64,000 nucleotides of DNA from Lepidodermella squamata (Eukaryota; Animalia; Gastrotricha): NCBI GenBank assembly GCA_047495785.1, contig JBLDXI010000054.1:1922001-1986000 (forward strand), written 5' to 3'. How positions within the stretch are numbered: position 1 is the stretch's first letter; each line of letters opens with the position of its first letter. Position numbers and translations under genes: made by a program. Below are positions 14,686-27,781 of the stretch, piece after piece. The notes beneath the pieces were generated by a model. It ran no database searches. It was not told the origin of the DNA and worked only from the letters and a program-made list of their open reading frames with translations.

Positions 14686-16098
14686 CTATTTCGTATGTGA
14701 CATATACCAAGCCATGTCTGACCAAGAATCTACATACAAAAAATTTGAACAGGTACAGGATTGTGGAGGCGCAGAAGCAATCATTACAAAGCAAGTGATG
14801 TTTGCTGCAAGAAACAATATAAATGAAGCTACAGCGATGGCTAAATCAAGGACTCTAGCCTTGGAATAAGAAATATTGATAATACTTAGGGCATGGTCAC
14901 GGGCCCAATTCATTCTCATGAATCCATTAATAACAGCCGAGTACATTGTTATTGCTACTGAGATGCAAAAATTGAATTCGATAAGAATTAGCAGATAAAT
15001 TGGTTCCGCTGTTTTCGGAACAGAAGAATAAACTGCTGCAATCAACACGAAAAATGATAGAACTACAGTCACCATGTAACAAGGTCGGCCGCTGTTTTTT
15101 GGTTCTATTGCTAATCCAGCTATTTGAAGCATACACAGCGCTGCATTAGGGAGGATAATGCTCCCGATGTAGTATTCGTATCGATGACGAAATTCTAGAG
15201 AGAACACAACGTGCCAATATCCAGTTTTATCATCAAGATTAACTTGGAGACCGTCACGCTCGCAATTATCTAAAAATGACCACATTCCTATGTTCGCCAT
15301 CTTTTGCGCATATGTTGATAAAAAGAACATGACATCTGTGTAATGTATCGTAGCATTGTTTTGCTTTGATACCAACTCAAAGGAACATGTAGCCGTGTTG
15401 AAAGGGAAGGTCAGCAGATTCAGTTCGTCACAAGAGGCGTCGATTCTAGCTGATATTTTCAATGAGGCTCTGGCATTCTCGAAGGGATGAATCGTTACAT
15501 GTTTGATGGCTCGATCAAGTTCATTGCCAGCGCCCCTGCTGTTTTTTAGGGCGAACATTGGATACCAAATATCGCTCCTGTTTCGGCGGAATCCTGGCGG
15601 ATCAAGTGTATGATATTTAAACAGTTTACCGGAGTTTGTGGGCTCCAATACGCTGCAATTCGATGTTGGGTAATCCCAAGTGATAGACAATAGCGCGTTG
15701 ACAGAAAATCTTGGAAAAAAACGAAATTCGAGTTTAAATCTGTAAAGCATATATACAGCGGAGTGATTACTCCGTTCTATATTAAGGTCAACATTTTTTG
15801 TTACTAGATACCTTTTCTCTTGTATATATTCCTAATTCTCTACAGCTGGAATTACAAACCTTTCATCAACGTCGTTTATATCCATAAAGCCCAACACTTC
15901 GAAAGTGAAAATAGCCGTTAGAGGAAGCAGATGACTCATATTTTGTAGATATAACTCGAAAGGCAGGTCAATTGAAGTTGCTAGCTCACAGTGGTCAGCG
16001 TAGAACTTTTCGGACAGAACCTTTAAAAATGTGTCAGGATATTCCGACTGCAAGTGACTTCTTGCGATCAAGAATAAAAATATGATGACAGCTTTCAT
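14686..16098 (-). CDS. Divergent Cys-loop LGIC subunit, tandem paralog (2 exons)
   Basis: Signal exon 16098-~15860; Cys-loop CDELNLLTFPFNTATC; HRYEYYIG shared with its neighbour; M2 GRPCYMVTVVLS. Confidence 0.88.
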
Positions 16099-17556
16099 GA
16101 CTTTATTGAATACTGTTTAGAACAATCGTCGAACCTTCGCCGAAGCATCACTGACTAAAAGCAATTTTAGAATTCGAAATCGAACGCAAAGTATCAAAGG
16201 GAAATAAAATTTCCGATTAAATATACGCGAAAATGTTTAAATCGATATAAGTTCCATTTATTCAAGCTCATATATCGGTCTGAATAATCGCAAGAGTGTA
16301 TGACTGCTGTTCTGACAATCTCTAGCTAACACGAGCCTCGACATGTTAGTGAGTAAATAAGTTGTTATTTTTCGCGCCTGTGCTAGTCAGGCAAGGCCAT
16401 GAAGCTCGTGGAGGTAATTATTATGATTTATGAGAATAATTAAATTTAAAAGGCCTGTGATCAAATTAATTATTAGGTGAGCTGAAAACAATTCTTACCA
16501 GGCACCAAGTCGATTTGAAATTATTACATTGAAAACACTGCTTGGTGTATTTCTGCTGCAGCTGCTAGAGTTGTAGCATTTTGAAGTTTGAAAACCAAGT
16601 AGCAAAAATGACTATTTTTTTTCTGTGTGTGTTTCTGTGTTTCTGTGTATGGATAAAAACGAATGAATTCAGATTGGAGAAGTAATCAGAAAGGGTCACA
16701 GCCATTGTTGTGTGCCTCTATCACGCGGGTCCCCCACAGAGTAACCGGCTTCAAATAAAGTAGAGAGCAACAAATGGTGCACACTCCAGACCAAATGGCT
16801 TCGAAGCACTCCCGTAAAAAAAGTAAAATAAAGTATTAAGCAATGATCACCATGCTTTGGAATTAATGCTTTTATTTTACTTTGAAGCCATTTTCAATTA
16901 TGCTTTGAGGTCATGGTGCTTTGAAGCTTTTGCTTTGAAGCCTGTTACTAAATTTTCTCTACTTTGTACTGGACCCCTATCACGCCGCAAGCTTCCATTC
17001 GCAATCTATCGATATCTATTTAGCTATGGCTTTTTAGCTGATATTAAGCCGATGCATATTAGCCCAGGCTTTTTAGCTAGCTTTGGTGGTACGGCAGTGG
17101 TTCGTTGTAACTAAGTTGCACTGTATATATACTTTATTGCTGTGCTGAATTGAATCAAATAGTGCAATTTAAATGACAACGCTGATTTTTTGGTAACATT
17201 TTTTATGATTGTAGATGATATAATTAAGTAAGTTCGGCTCGTATAGCATACAACATTCTATATGACTAACCACATAAATGTGGTCCCGTTACATTAATTC
17301 TTGAGGTGTCGTTTTTCTTTTGAGTTGGATATAATCTATAATGAGGATTGGATTAATATAGTGGATATAGGATACGCTAATCAAAGAAAATAAATAGCTA
17401 GGGAACATTTCACTAGACACTTTCGGGATGTCACAAGAAAAATGTCACTGTACAAGAACTGTTATCGCAGGGCGTGACCGATGAAGACAACATTGTTTGC
17501 TCTCCCAGCTCCATTCTTTATAATAATTGAAATCACGTGGCAACTTCCATTGAATC

Positions 17557-19863
17557 TTACAATCCAACAGAAATATTGCGCAATGAGCGGATTCGGTTTT
17601 CCGAATTGAAAAATATAATTTTCAAATTCAAAAACAGTAAAATGCCCGAGGTTGATGCCGAAAGAGCCAGAGCCCCGTAAGCAACCAGAATCTGTTGCAA
17701 TTTCTGCGATGAAGTAGCAATGGCCAAGACAAACACGCAAACGAAAAGCATCAGAGCGTTCATACTAGCTATTCCTGTGATTAAATATGTTGACGGCAAA
17801 GTAACGTGAGTTTTGAGAATGCCAACCAAAGGTCTGAGCCGAACAGCCTGAGCGAAGCCGAGAAACAAGAGTGCAACTTGGATCCCGGCTAAAACCAATA
17901 TCATCGAAGTATTCCATGTCACGCCACATCGGCGAATCTCAAGCGAGTGGTAAGTGTCCGAAACCGGGTCATAATATGAGTCAGAGTCTTTCGGGGTGGA
18001 TGTACAACTGAAACCATCACTTGATAGCCAAACGATCACCACAGCCAAATTCACCCCTAGAAAGCAAAAAGCGCGCTTTAGCAATGAACTCGAAGCATCA
18101 ATTTCCAATTCTTGAACGGCAGCCTTGATTTGATTAGAATTTTCCCTACGTAGGGCGATGCGGCTGGGGGCGGGTCGGCTTTGCTGAGCATTTACAGCCT
18201 GACAGCTCGTTCGAAATAGGTTGATCGCTCGAAAGCTGACAATGCCATTGACGAAAGACACGGATGATGTGAGAATAATGATCCTGCTAACTTGAATTGC
18301 TGCCGTTGTTTCTAAGACAGTCAGAACTGATCCCACATTCATCAACGTGCATGCAACAATGCAAAACAGCTTCGCTATTGTAAGCGAGCCATATAGCCTA
18401 AGGTTTCGATGGAATAATGGCACGCCAATCGATATAACTTGAGCAGACGTGACAGCCCCACTGAAAAAGAATGCTGATATAGCAACGGGTTTCGAGACTC
18501 CATCGACGACGATGAGATGCCCAGCTGCATCTTTTGGCCACCCGCCAAACCAATTTTTGAAGGTAAGTCCTGAAGGAGCAGTTTCGATAGTGAAACCCTG
18601 ATTTTTCGACTGGCTTTGGTAATTAGTAAGAAATGTATTACCATTCCATCGCATGAAAATTACTATGTCCTCGTCATTAGCTCCACGCTGGTTGAAGCGC
18701 AACTGATGTCGAAATCCGGCGCGATTTGTGGCTAAAACTGATTCATTCATCACCTTAGCAACTTGTTTCCTACTACTATGTTCCTTGATAGAGGTATTCC
18801 ATGCTTTCATCAACTGCAAATTGGTGTCATTAAGGGCCATGATCCCCATAACCGCAGTATCATGGCATAAGTAAGCCAGGGTCATATCTTCACTGTGGTA
18901 TCCAAGTTTAGCATCGACAAGGGAGTCGAATTCTTGAATTGAAAATCCCAACTCAGATTTCCGAGACTTGTCGAGAGGTGACATTTCTTGCCCTATTACA
19001 CTTTTGAACTGCTCCGCTACAATCTTGTTGGTGCAATCGTTTTCTAGGAGGTCTGTTTTAGGGATGCTTTCTGGAATTCGCGCAGCTGAAGAATCTCCGA
19101 AGAAAACGTAACGTGACCCTGTCAACCCGCGTCTGTGTGCGAGGCAAAGAAAAGACCATAGCATCGGGGTGAAGCTCAAGGGTAAGAAGATGATTCGAAG
19201 GTCATTACTGACTATTTCTTCAATAACAGAACTATCGATTCCCAAAACAGCGTTGAAATAAGGTATCGTCATATTTTCGTCGTGAGCGAATTGGTAGAAA
19301 TAGTTCGCGCTCCTGAAGTCGTAGTCACTTAGAACAGTTGTTAGTATCCCCACTCTTGTCCATTTCCCGATCACCTTCATAAATTTGACATAAGCTGACG
19401 CCACTATGTCACCTGAAGTCAATGTTTGGTACAGATTCGGAAATGCTTTGTGGTTTACTAAAACTGGAGATCCGCACGCAAAGCATATGCCGACAGAATC
19501 AAAGTGGTGTAGAGTTCGTCCAAGAGGAATATTTCCGCTAGAGAAGAAGCCACTGAGGTAGAGTGGAGCTTGAAAGCTGTTATCATTCGAAGGCGAAGCT
19601 TTATATTTCAGAAACTCGACAAGTGGCGAGTAACCAGAAGTCGGATTGACTTCGTCTTTCCATTCCATTACAATGTTGTAGTCCGGGAGAATATCCGAAC
19701 GCTCATTGATGGTCTCAATTACGAGTTCAGTGCCCAGCTTGCACATGACTCCGAAGTCGGGAACAACACCTAAGATGGACATGTTGAAAGGCTTTGTAGC
19801 AGCGGAGAAGGCGTGGAAGCTGAACAGTGCTATCATAATTCTTACTGTGAAAAGCTTATTCAT
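17557..19863 (-). CDS. Intronless GABA-B-like class C GPCR
   Basis: Single ORF of about 768 aa: signal peptide, INERSDILPDYNI, FPNLYQT, KWTRVGIL, RIIF, LCLAHRRGLTG, then seven TM segments. Confidence 0.88.
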   Translation of the reverse strand: MNKLFTVRIMIALFSFHAFSAATKPFNMSILGVVPDFGVMCKLGTELVIETINERSDILPDYNIVMEWKDEVNPTSGYSPLVEFLKYKASPSNDNSFQAPLYLSGFFSSGNIPLGRTLHHFDSVGICFACGSPVLVNHKAFPNLYQTLTSGDIVASAYVKFMKVIGKWTRVGILTTVLSDYDFRSANYFYQFAHDENMTIPYFNAVLGIDSSVIEEIVSNDLRIIFLPLSFTPMLWSFLCLAHRRGLTGSRYVFFGDSSAARIPESIPKTDLLENDCTNKIVAEQFKSVIGQEMSPLDKSRKSELGFSIQEFDSLVDAKLGYHSEDMTLAYLCHDTAVMGIMALNDTNLQLMKAWNTSIKEHSSRKQVAKVMNESVLATNRAGFRHQLRFNQRGANDEDIVIFMRWNGNTFLTNYQSQSKNQGFTIETAPSGLTFKNWFGGWPKDAAGHLIVVDGVSKPVAISAFFFSGAVTSAQVISIGVPLFHRNLRLYGSLTIAKLFCIVACTLMNVGSVLTVLETTAAIQVSRIIILTSSVSFVNGIVSFRAINLFRTSCQAVNAQQSRPAPSRIALRRENSNQIKAAVQELEIDASSSLLKRAFCFLGVNLAVVIVWLSSDGFSCTSTPKDSDSYYDPVSDTYHSLEIRRCGVTWNTSMILVLAGIQVALLFLGFAQAVRLRPLVGILKTHVTLPSTYLITGIASMNALMLFVCVFVLAIATSSQKLQQILVAYGALALSASTSGILLFLNLKIIFFNSENRIRSLRNISVGL

Positions 19864-19936
19864 TGTCAAGATTGTCTAAATTGTAAAATTTGATCTAATG
19901 TGCGGATTAAGTCTTAAGTCTCTCATGTGGTACCGG

Positions 19937-19993
19937 TACCTTGATAATTCATACGGCTTATTACCTTGATAATTCATACGGCTTATTACCTTG
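19937..19993. repeat. 25-bp tandem repeat (2.3 copies)
   Basis: taccttgataattcatacggcttat twice, followed by taccttg. Confidence 0.9.
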
Positions 19994-20425
19994 TAGATCT
20001 TTTTTCACACAGTCGCCGATCGAACTGAGTTAGGTCACACCTGAATTATTCGACAGACGTGGAATGGGAAATAGAGAAGTTAGTAATGATATCATTTTGC
20101 GTCATCTCTGAGAGCACTCGAAGGCGGTGAGCGAATGCCTAAGTGACTACGATTTAAAAAATAGAAAATTTCTGCTGGAAAGTAAATTAGTTTCAAATCA
20201 GTCAGGAATATGATGACGAATAAATATCCTGATTGATCTACTCCCCATCATCGGATTCATGATTTCATGAGGATTTTTTAACGCCATGGATAATAAATAA
20301 CCTCATCCCGGCCTTCGGCTGCGCCTCGAGCCTGCATTTCTTGACTTCAGGCCGATATTCATCGAAAATCGAAATATCCACCGCCAATGAAGTCATTCAG
20401 GTTAAACCCATATACCCTTCATCTT

Positions 20426-20840
20426 CATGAGACGTACCAGGACGCAGCGGCTTCGAAGCTCCCATTATCCGGGATCCGGGGTTGCGTAAAACATCACGTG
20501 ACATAAGTGTGCGTAATAATTACTTTCGATGGCAAATTGTTTATTGAATATAAAATTAATTTGCCATCGATAATAAAAATTATAATTGAAAACAAAATAA
20601 CCGATCTTTTCGCGACCCCGCCGTTTTCTTTAAGTTCGAGATCTTCAGGCCACTGCAAAAAACTGATCTTTGCGTAAATACGTGATTTTCATGAATGAGA
20701 TTTTTTGCTGGTCGCAGAAGAAAAATAACGATCGCTGCTAATGAGGCTATTTTTAGCCACGGCGACCTTTGGACCTTATTAAAAAATAACACAAAAATCA
20801 GGCATCTAAATCGAGGCGCCGCGTCCTGGTACGTCTCATG
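20426..20840. mobile_element. Non-autonomous TIR element (MITE, P- or hAT-like) with 8-bp TSD
   Basis: Perfect 20-bp TIR CATGAGACGTACCAGGACGC (20426-20445 and 20821-20840); TSD ttcatctt at 20418-20425 and 20841-20848. Confidence 0.88.
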
Positions 20841-21498
20841 TTCATCTTGTCTTCCGTATATTATATAACATTTTTGAGTTTTAGTGAGACTTGATGAGAC
20901 TGGGAAAAGACTATAGCTTTCGCAGCGCAATTTATTATGAAAGAAAATTGAGAAATTTAATTTTGAGAATAATTTAGAGCTTGGCAGTCTTTCATTCGGG
21001 CAGCAGAAATCGGCCGTATTAGGAACTAGATTTTCTGCTAAAAATCCAGAACATCGGACTGCATTTCGCCCCCACTTTGCATAGCATGAATTCGGCAGCA
21101 ATTCGTGGGTCCGATCGAGCAGAATTTCGACACCTAAACCCTGAACCTAAAAAGGGCGATTCTCTGTCCTTGACGGTTGGTTGGGGCCTTGAAGTTTAAT
21201 AAATCATATTTTGAAATGTTCTTGTTGTCTTCCTATGCAGCGGATGCAAAGTTGTTTAAGAATCTTGCCTTGATGATCTTGCTAACGTTTATATTATGAG
21301 GATTTTATTGATCGGCTGCTTGCTTTTCTTTCGTAGACCTCCATAAACACATATCGGACATATGTTATGAATCAGTGCATTCCCTTTATTGTCATCTCGA
21401 AATAAGCTCAGCAAAGCTAACTATAGCTATTTATTTATGATATATTATGAGGCAAGCTTCATGAAGATGCGCTGTATTTTCACTTCGCAGCTCGCAGC

Positions 21499-23589
21499 CT
21501 AGAATTTGGTAGGTTCGATGAAGTCGCTTGATGTAAGAGCTGGAAAGTGGAATCAAGGTAACAATAATAGAAGCTTCAAGAGCTCAACTTACGACACAGC
21601 GGCTTAGCTTTGCTGACATCGTAACCAGTTGACGACAGACGACAATCTAATCGAGGATAATTGAAACACTGAAATAATTTCAGGACATGATCTTACCAGC
21701 CGGCAGTTCGGAGGCAAGGGTATCACCACAAGTGGCGTAGACATTTAGCAAGAAGCTGGTAGACGGGGTGTGCGGGCTCTCTAGTCGTTGATGCGACTGG
21801 AAGTGGACAACTACGTCACTTGGATTGTCGATAGATTGAACGCGACCGGTTGTATCGCCATTCTTGCAAAAGCTGATAATGAAAAAATGAAGCTTTCAAA
21901 AATTGTAACTGAGAGCTACGTACTATCGTCCTGGGGCATCCAGCGGTCCAGTGCGAATTTCGAGGAAGTCGTAGCAATACTCGCGAACCGGCTGGAATGG
22001 CATTGGCGGCTTTTCTTGGAACGTGAAGACTAGTCCCTTAGCTTTGGTCTGTAAACAAACTCAATTGATGCAAGCTAGCGAATCGGAGCAAACGAATAAC
22101 TAACCGAGATCTTCCATGAGCAGGTACTATCTTCGGAGAAGTTTTTCGGGTACATTGGGAGCGAGAGGGTGCGGATCTCACATGGGTTGACTTGGATTTC
22201 TCCACCGCAAGTCGCCATTCCGGGGCCCTTTGGCTTCGCAGCAACCGAACAATCTGCTCCGCCCAGACCGGAAGGGCAACGGCAAATCGCGCAGTTCTTG
22301 GGGTCTTGGTAACCTCCATTTAAACACTTCGGGACAGTCAATTGAGCCTTGTTACACGAGGTTTCTAAGCAGAATAATGAATGAAGCAAACTGGGTATGC
22401 TAATGCTAATGCTTACCCATGCATTTGAAGGCGTAGTTAACGCGCTTGACGTCGTTGTAGCTCAGATACATGCGTTGGCCCATGGCGCCCAATTGGTAGC
22501 GGTCCTTTGGCAGAATCGTGTACAGCTTGTTGGGGCCACTCTTCACCTTGCTCATGTGGGTGCACGAATATTGCATCACAGAGCTGATATCGAACGGGGT
22601 ATCAGCGATGTTGGTGTAATCTGATTCAATGCGGAACTGGCTACTCATGCCTGAGCTCATGTTGTCCCAGAATAGGTCCACACTACAAAAATGGCCACGT
22701 TTTATGGATCGATGTTAGAGATCCCAATTCTTACTATTCGTCACGGTCCGGGCGTGATTGCTCGTGGATCTGGCCCCAAGAGTGACCAAGCTCGTGAGCT
22801 ACGACAAGGGACTGTACATCGGGTCTCAGTTTTAAATTATTTTCCAATCGTTTCTAACTGAACTTACGTTATCACAGGACGGTCCGAGGTTGACCTTCTG
22901 TGGACCGGGTTTGCCAGACCAGCCGAGGGTTGCGGAGCAACCGCCGTTGTCGACCATCAACATGTAAGAGTCTTGGGGTCCGAATTCACTCTGTTCCTTC
23001 TCAATGAATTCCAAGCAGGTCGTATCCATCCACATCTGCATGCCCCTGCGAATAGAATCACGCTGGGCTTCATCTAGAATAATATAGATAATGTAACGAA
23101 ATCTCTAACGATGACAAAAACCTACTGTGCTGAGTGCCGTTGAAAGCGTAGTAGATAGGATTGGGCCAAAGTGATTTGGGATACTTGTAAATTCGCTTCG
23201 ACCTGAAAGAGGTGTCGATAATGGCGATCGAAATGAAATTCTGTCCTTACGAAGTAGGGTAGCCCAACTGGCGCTTGACGTCATCGAGCATCTGACGAGC
23301 TTCTTCGACAGTGTATTCGATGTCAATCTCGTCTTCGGGGTCAGTTGAATGCCTGCCATCGGGCTTCGACGCTCCGTGATGATGGCGGAGCAAGGTGTCT
23401 ACTTCGTCCAAAATTGCTCGAACTTCATTCTTGCCACGTGATTTGCGGCTGGAGGAGGTCTTCTGCTGACTATTCCAGCGGGCCTAACAATAAGAATTGA
23501 GTAATAAAGCATGGTACGAAAACACTGGATTTTACCTCGGTCGCGCTGTAAACTAGAACAAGAGCCAAAATAGCTGTGTAGATATTCAT
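21499..23589 (-). CDS. Astacin (M12A) metalloprotease with EGF-like and CUB-like domains (multi-exon)
   Basis: Signal MNIYTAILALVLVYSATE; zinc motif HELGHSWGQIHEQSRPDRD at ~22742-22796; Met-turn SVMQY; CLNGGYQDPKNCAICRCPSGLGGADC; CUB-type CGG..YP..CSW..CDYFLEIR. The 3' end is approximate. Confidence 0.88.
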
Positions 23590-23639
23590 GATTGAATCGA
23601 ATTTGTAGGAATCTTTCGCTATTTTGCTTCATCAGGGCC

Positions 23640-23650
23640 CTTTATATATA
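23640..23650 (-). promoter_or_regulatory. TATA box of the astacin gene
   Basis: TATATATAAAG about 50 nt upstream of ATG 23589. Similar TATA boxes lie upstream of the three S1 proteases (~6635, ~11427, ~26676). Confidence 0.5.
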
Positions 23651-23919
23651 GTGTTGTATGCAATGTGGGTGTGTGAATATCTTGAGCTGTTTTTCGCCGG
23701 GGTCCTTTATCCTTAATAGTGGGCTATATCGGGCGTATCCGACTCCGCCGTGAGAAGTGTCGCAGGGTGATCCCGCGCCGCGAGTCCTCGATTTTTTATC
23801 ATGAATCGCGACAAAATTGTGACCGATATTTATTTTTAAGATCTGTAACGCATCGCGACAGATTTGTGACCGAGATTTATTTTCGAGGTTTCGTATTAAA
23901 AGCTTTTCTACTACTTTAA

Positions 23920-25446
23920 TTATTCACATTCTTCATCTGAACCATGTCGACCTCGACCTTTCACGACTTCTCGAGGCGTTCTTCCGTCTTTGGCTGCAAC
24001 CTCAAGCAGTTCAGGAAACTTCCCAGCCAAATATTCAAAAACATCACTGTGGCCATTCTTAGCCGCCACCCAAAGCGGCGTTGCACCTTTACGTTGATCA
24101 ACAAAGCTCGCTGATTCTGGGCATCTTTCCGCGAGAAATTTGACAATATCCAGATGGCCGTTATTAGCCGCAATCCACATCGGACCAACTTGAGTCTTCG
24201 AATTCACCTTACCCATGAGCTGCGGGTACTTATTACCCAAATATTCGACCACTTGCAAATGACCGTTCGCTGCTGCGGTTAGAAAAGCAGTCCCTCCATC
24301 TCGATGGCTCTCGAAAAATACCGCCTCGGGCGATTTCTCGTCGATGAATTTCACTATATCGGGAAACCCGTTGCTAGCAGCTGCAATTAATGGGCTGTCA
24401 CCCCCAGCTGTTCCGTAAGAAAGGGATTCGGAATGAACCGTCGCAAAAAGTTTAACCAGCTCAAAATTTCCGTTTCTCGCCGCTAGGTAGACAGGCGTCT
24501 CGCCGCCAACGTTGGAATTTTCAACGCTCTCCGGACAATGTCCGACGACGAACTTCGCCATTTCGACGTGATTATTGGAGGCTGCGATCCATACAGCAGT
24601 CGCGCCGCTACCAGGGACTTGTTCCATCAGCAAGCTGGGCTGCTTCTCCGCAAGAAATTTCACAACCTTCAAGTGACCTTTCTCAGCAGCTTTGAACATG
24701 GCGCCGCACATCCAATCAGGCTGACGTTCGCTTATGAAAGCCACTACATCAAGATGACCACCTTCCGCTGCTGCCTCGAGAGGAGTGATATTAGTCCAGG
24801 TTACAGACTCAGCCAAATAATCTGGGTTACTTTTGGTAATGTATTTTACCACCTCTAAATGACCACCATTCGCAGCACCCCAGAGAGGGGTTAGACCATC
24901 CGAGCCAGTAGCTTGAGTTAGGGACTGTGGGCAACGTTCTGCTAGAACTTTAACAGCCTCCAGATGGCCATTAGCAGCTGCAGCGTAGATAGGAGTATCG
25001 CCATCGTAGAGGGTTGTTTTACCCAGAGATGCCGTATTACCCTGAAGAATGAATTGATCTGCTATGAATTTAACAATATCAGCATGGCCATTTTTAGCAG
25101 CAGCCCATAGCGGAATTTCCCCGCGATAATTAGGTTTCGAAAGGCTAGAGTTCTGAATTTCGGTGATGAGTTTGACGATTTCGAAATGGCCATTCGCTGC
25201 AGCGTGCCAGACTGGAGTTACTCCATTTCCTTCGAGTGTGTTATCGACGTAACTAAGGGCTTCGACATCACGATCTGCTATAAACCGAATCACGCCGATA
25301 TCGCCGTTTTTCGCTGCTTGGAGAGCTAATTTGCCGGCTTCCTTTGGATTGTAAGATTTTTCAAGATCGTCCGGTGGCATTCCTTTCTTATCAGCCACCA
25401 CTGGCTTAGTAGAAGGATTCTCAGACTGGCTACAATGCGCTCCCAT
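23920..25446 (-). CDS. Intronless ankyrin-repeat protein (~13 repeats) with N-myristoylation motif
   Basis: 508-aa ORF of tandem G.TP.W.AA.NGH..VVK.L repeats; N-terminus MGAHCS. Confidence 0.9.
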   Translation of the reverse strand: MGAHCSQSENPSTKPVVADKKGMPPDDLEKSYNPKEAGKLALQAAKNGDIGVIRFIADRDVEALSYVDNTLEGNGVTPVWHAAANGHFEIVKLITEIQNSSLSKPNYRGEIPLWAAAKNGHADIVKFIADQFILQGNTASLGKTTLYDGDTPIYAAAANGHLEAVKVLAERCPQSLTQATGSDGLTPLWGAANGGHLEVVKYITKSNPDYLAESVTWTNITPLEAAAEGGHLDVVAFISERQPDWMCGAMFKAAEKGHLKVVKFLAEKQPSLLMEQVPGSGATAVWIAASNNHVEMAKFVVGHCPESVENSNVGGETPVYLAARNGNFELVKLFATVHSESLSYGTAGGDSPLIAAASNGFPDIVKFIDEKSPEAVFFESHRDGGTAFLTAAANGHLQVVEYLGNKYPQLMGKVNSKTQVGPMWIAANNGHLDIVKFLAERCPESASFVDQRKGATPLWVAAKNGHSDVFEYLAGKFPELLEVAAKDGRTPREVVKGRGRHGSDEECE

Positions 25447-25713
25447 TATGTACTGGTTCTAAGCTGGCAAAAACGTAAAAACGTTCCATTTTAGTGAAGG
25501 CATTCGGCGAGTGAATCGATAATTCGTGGCGTTGCCACGTGCATTAATTATTGATCAAGTAAAACAAAGCTCAATCATTAATCATTCGAAATTTTATTCA
25601 AATATTAACCGGGATTAGGTATTATGACTACATAAAATTATGCGCTAGTCTTATTCTTGTCAAGCAGATCTAGAGTATGAAAGTCCCTAATAAAGGAAAG
25701 CATTGCCGAGTCG

Positions 25714-26620
25714 TTAGTTGGCCTTGATCTTATCACTGATCCAAGTGACGTAGTTGCTAACGCGGGTGAACACCGGGTAACGAGGGCCATTGCATGAAGA
25801 ATCGCCGAAAGAAACAACACCAACCTGGGTGCTGGATCCGTCTCCATTAGACATGACAAGGGGACCACCAGAGTCGCCGTTGCAGGGTGAAGTTGACGTA
25901 CCCGCGGCGCACACCATCTGGCCATCAGCCCACATAAAGTTGCCCCACGAGCGCTTGCACACAGCGTCAGAGTAAGCGGTCAATTTCGTGTATTGAAGGG
26001 CCGTTGGGTACTTAGCAACTCCATTGATACCCATGTTACCCCAACCAGCGATAACAACCGGGACGTCATCGGTGTTGTGGCTGGTTTTGGAGGTGGGTAT
26101 GCAGACGCGATTGATGTACTTAGAGGCAAAGTTGACCTTTCCACTAAGCTTCATCAACGCGATATCGTTTGAGATCTTAATGGTCATGCTGAAACTTTCA
26201 TGCTTGAAAATCTGCGCAACATTAATGACTTGAGCATCGGTCTCAACGATTGAGTTGTTTTGAGCACCGATAAGGACGCGGTAGGAAGAAGGGCTGTTTG
26301 AGCTATTTTAAGGAGGGATTGTTTAGTTGTTTGTCAATTAACAAGTCTCAAGGGACTTACTTCAAGAAGCAATGGGCGGCCGTGAGGATCCACTCGTCGT
26401 CAATAACGGAGCCTCCGCAAGTGTGCATCCAGTTGTTACCATTCTTGAACTGAAGGGAGATGATCCAAGGGAACTGGCCGCGATGAGCAACCTCACCGTT
26501 GACAATTCGCGAAATGGGCACCTTAGTTTTGCCGCAGCTGTTGTCGTTAGCAGCTCGCTCCTCGAACAAAGGAACAGCAGTTGCCATGCCAACCAAGCAG
26601 AGGACTATGAATGCTTTCAT
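25714..26620 (-). CDS. Secreted S1 serine protease (2 exons)
   Basis: Signal peptide, [25 protein letters not shown]. Confidence 0.93.
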
Positions 26621-26959
26621 TATAGAAAAATTGTAGAAAAGTTGAGTTGGTGTAAATTGCGATTTCAGTTCGACTTATATACTCAATCGTAAGGTGAGAG
26701 TTGGCGAACGATCTAACCCCGTGTTTCCCACAACCCACAACGACACGGTGTTGGCTTTACGTCAGTGCGAGTTGGTTATCGCGCCCAGACGCGAAAGGTG
26801 AGCTGGACAATGTCACGAATCGAACGCGGAAATGCGACCTTTCATTGCGCTTATCGCTAAATTGCCCTCAATTACGACTTTTACGCTCAAAATCGTCATT
26901 TTTCATAGAAACGGTCAGCCAAATTATTTGGTATTGTGATTAGCGTTTTTATCAGTATA

Positions 26960-27065
26960 CAACCGAGTGCACTTAACAGCCACACCTCCGCCACGATTTA
27001 ACCGGTGCAAGTAGACTACGGGCGAACACGAATGCGATATCTACCTGTCTTTCAATGGTGCAATT
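26960..27065 (+). repeat. Diverged duplicate of ~34622-34720, upstream of each tandem GPCR copy
   Basis: gagtgcacttaacagccacacctccgccacgattt...tctacctgtctttcaatggtgcaatt occurs in both places. Confidence 0.8.
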
Positions 27066-27392
27066 GCGAAGCAACCGTCTGGTGCAAAACGTGAATTCTA
27101 TAGCCATAAATTTATATCCCGATTCTCAGAATTCGTTTCTTCATATAACCATTTGAAGAGGAAATATCATCGCATTATTTTGTAGACATTCGTGAAATAG
27201 TAACAAGTTCAAATATCAGGCTCTTGCCTTTCCGATATATTCAGCGTATATGGTCAATTTCTGATAAGAAAGATTATTCTGAGGAATTTTCTTCAGGTAA
27301 GACGTGGATTTCTGCACAAAGCATTCCTCGCCAGGGACGCGGTCATGGAAATATCCGAAAAACAGAATTAAGTCAGACATCATGGCAAAATC

Positions 27393-27781
27393 GAAAGCTG
27401 AAGAATCGCAAATCCCCGTTTTACGGTGGATCTTTGATTTACCACTACATAGAAACTTTGAAGATTGCTAACCAGTACTTAGACGAGCCAATGTTCTTCA
27501 TTAGTCGCATCTAGCTGATTCTGGCCTTGGGCCGGTTCCAAGCAGAGGCTTGGAAGGCCTTAACAATGCTTTGCCCTCAGGAAGAATGAACGCATATCCA
27601 CAAGCGAAATTGAAGTACGAGTGAAGTTTGCCAAATGCTAGAACTAGATGCTAGATCCAATCAGTCATTTTTCTGCGGAATTGATCGAAATTGAAAGCTG
27701 AAGAATCGCAAATCCACGTTTTACGGTGGATCTTTGATTTACCATTTGGACTACACAGAAACTTTGAAGATTGAACCAGTA
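27393..27781 (+). repeat. ~85-bp imperfect direct repeat, copies 300 bp apart
   Basis: gaaagctgaagaatcgcaaatcc(c/a)cgttttacggtggatctttgatttacca at 27393 and 27693. Confidence 0.85.

Noticed and set aside
20580-21101. 173-aa ORF
   Set aside because: Non-ATG start, runs across a MITE boundary, no recognisable motif.
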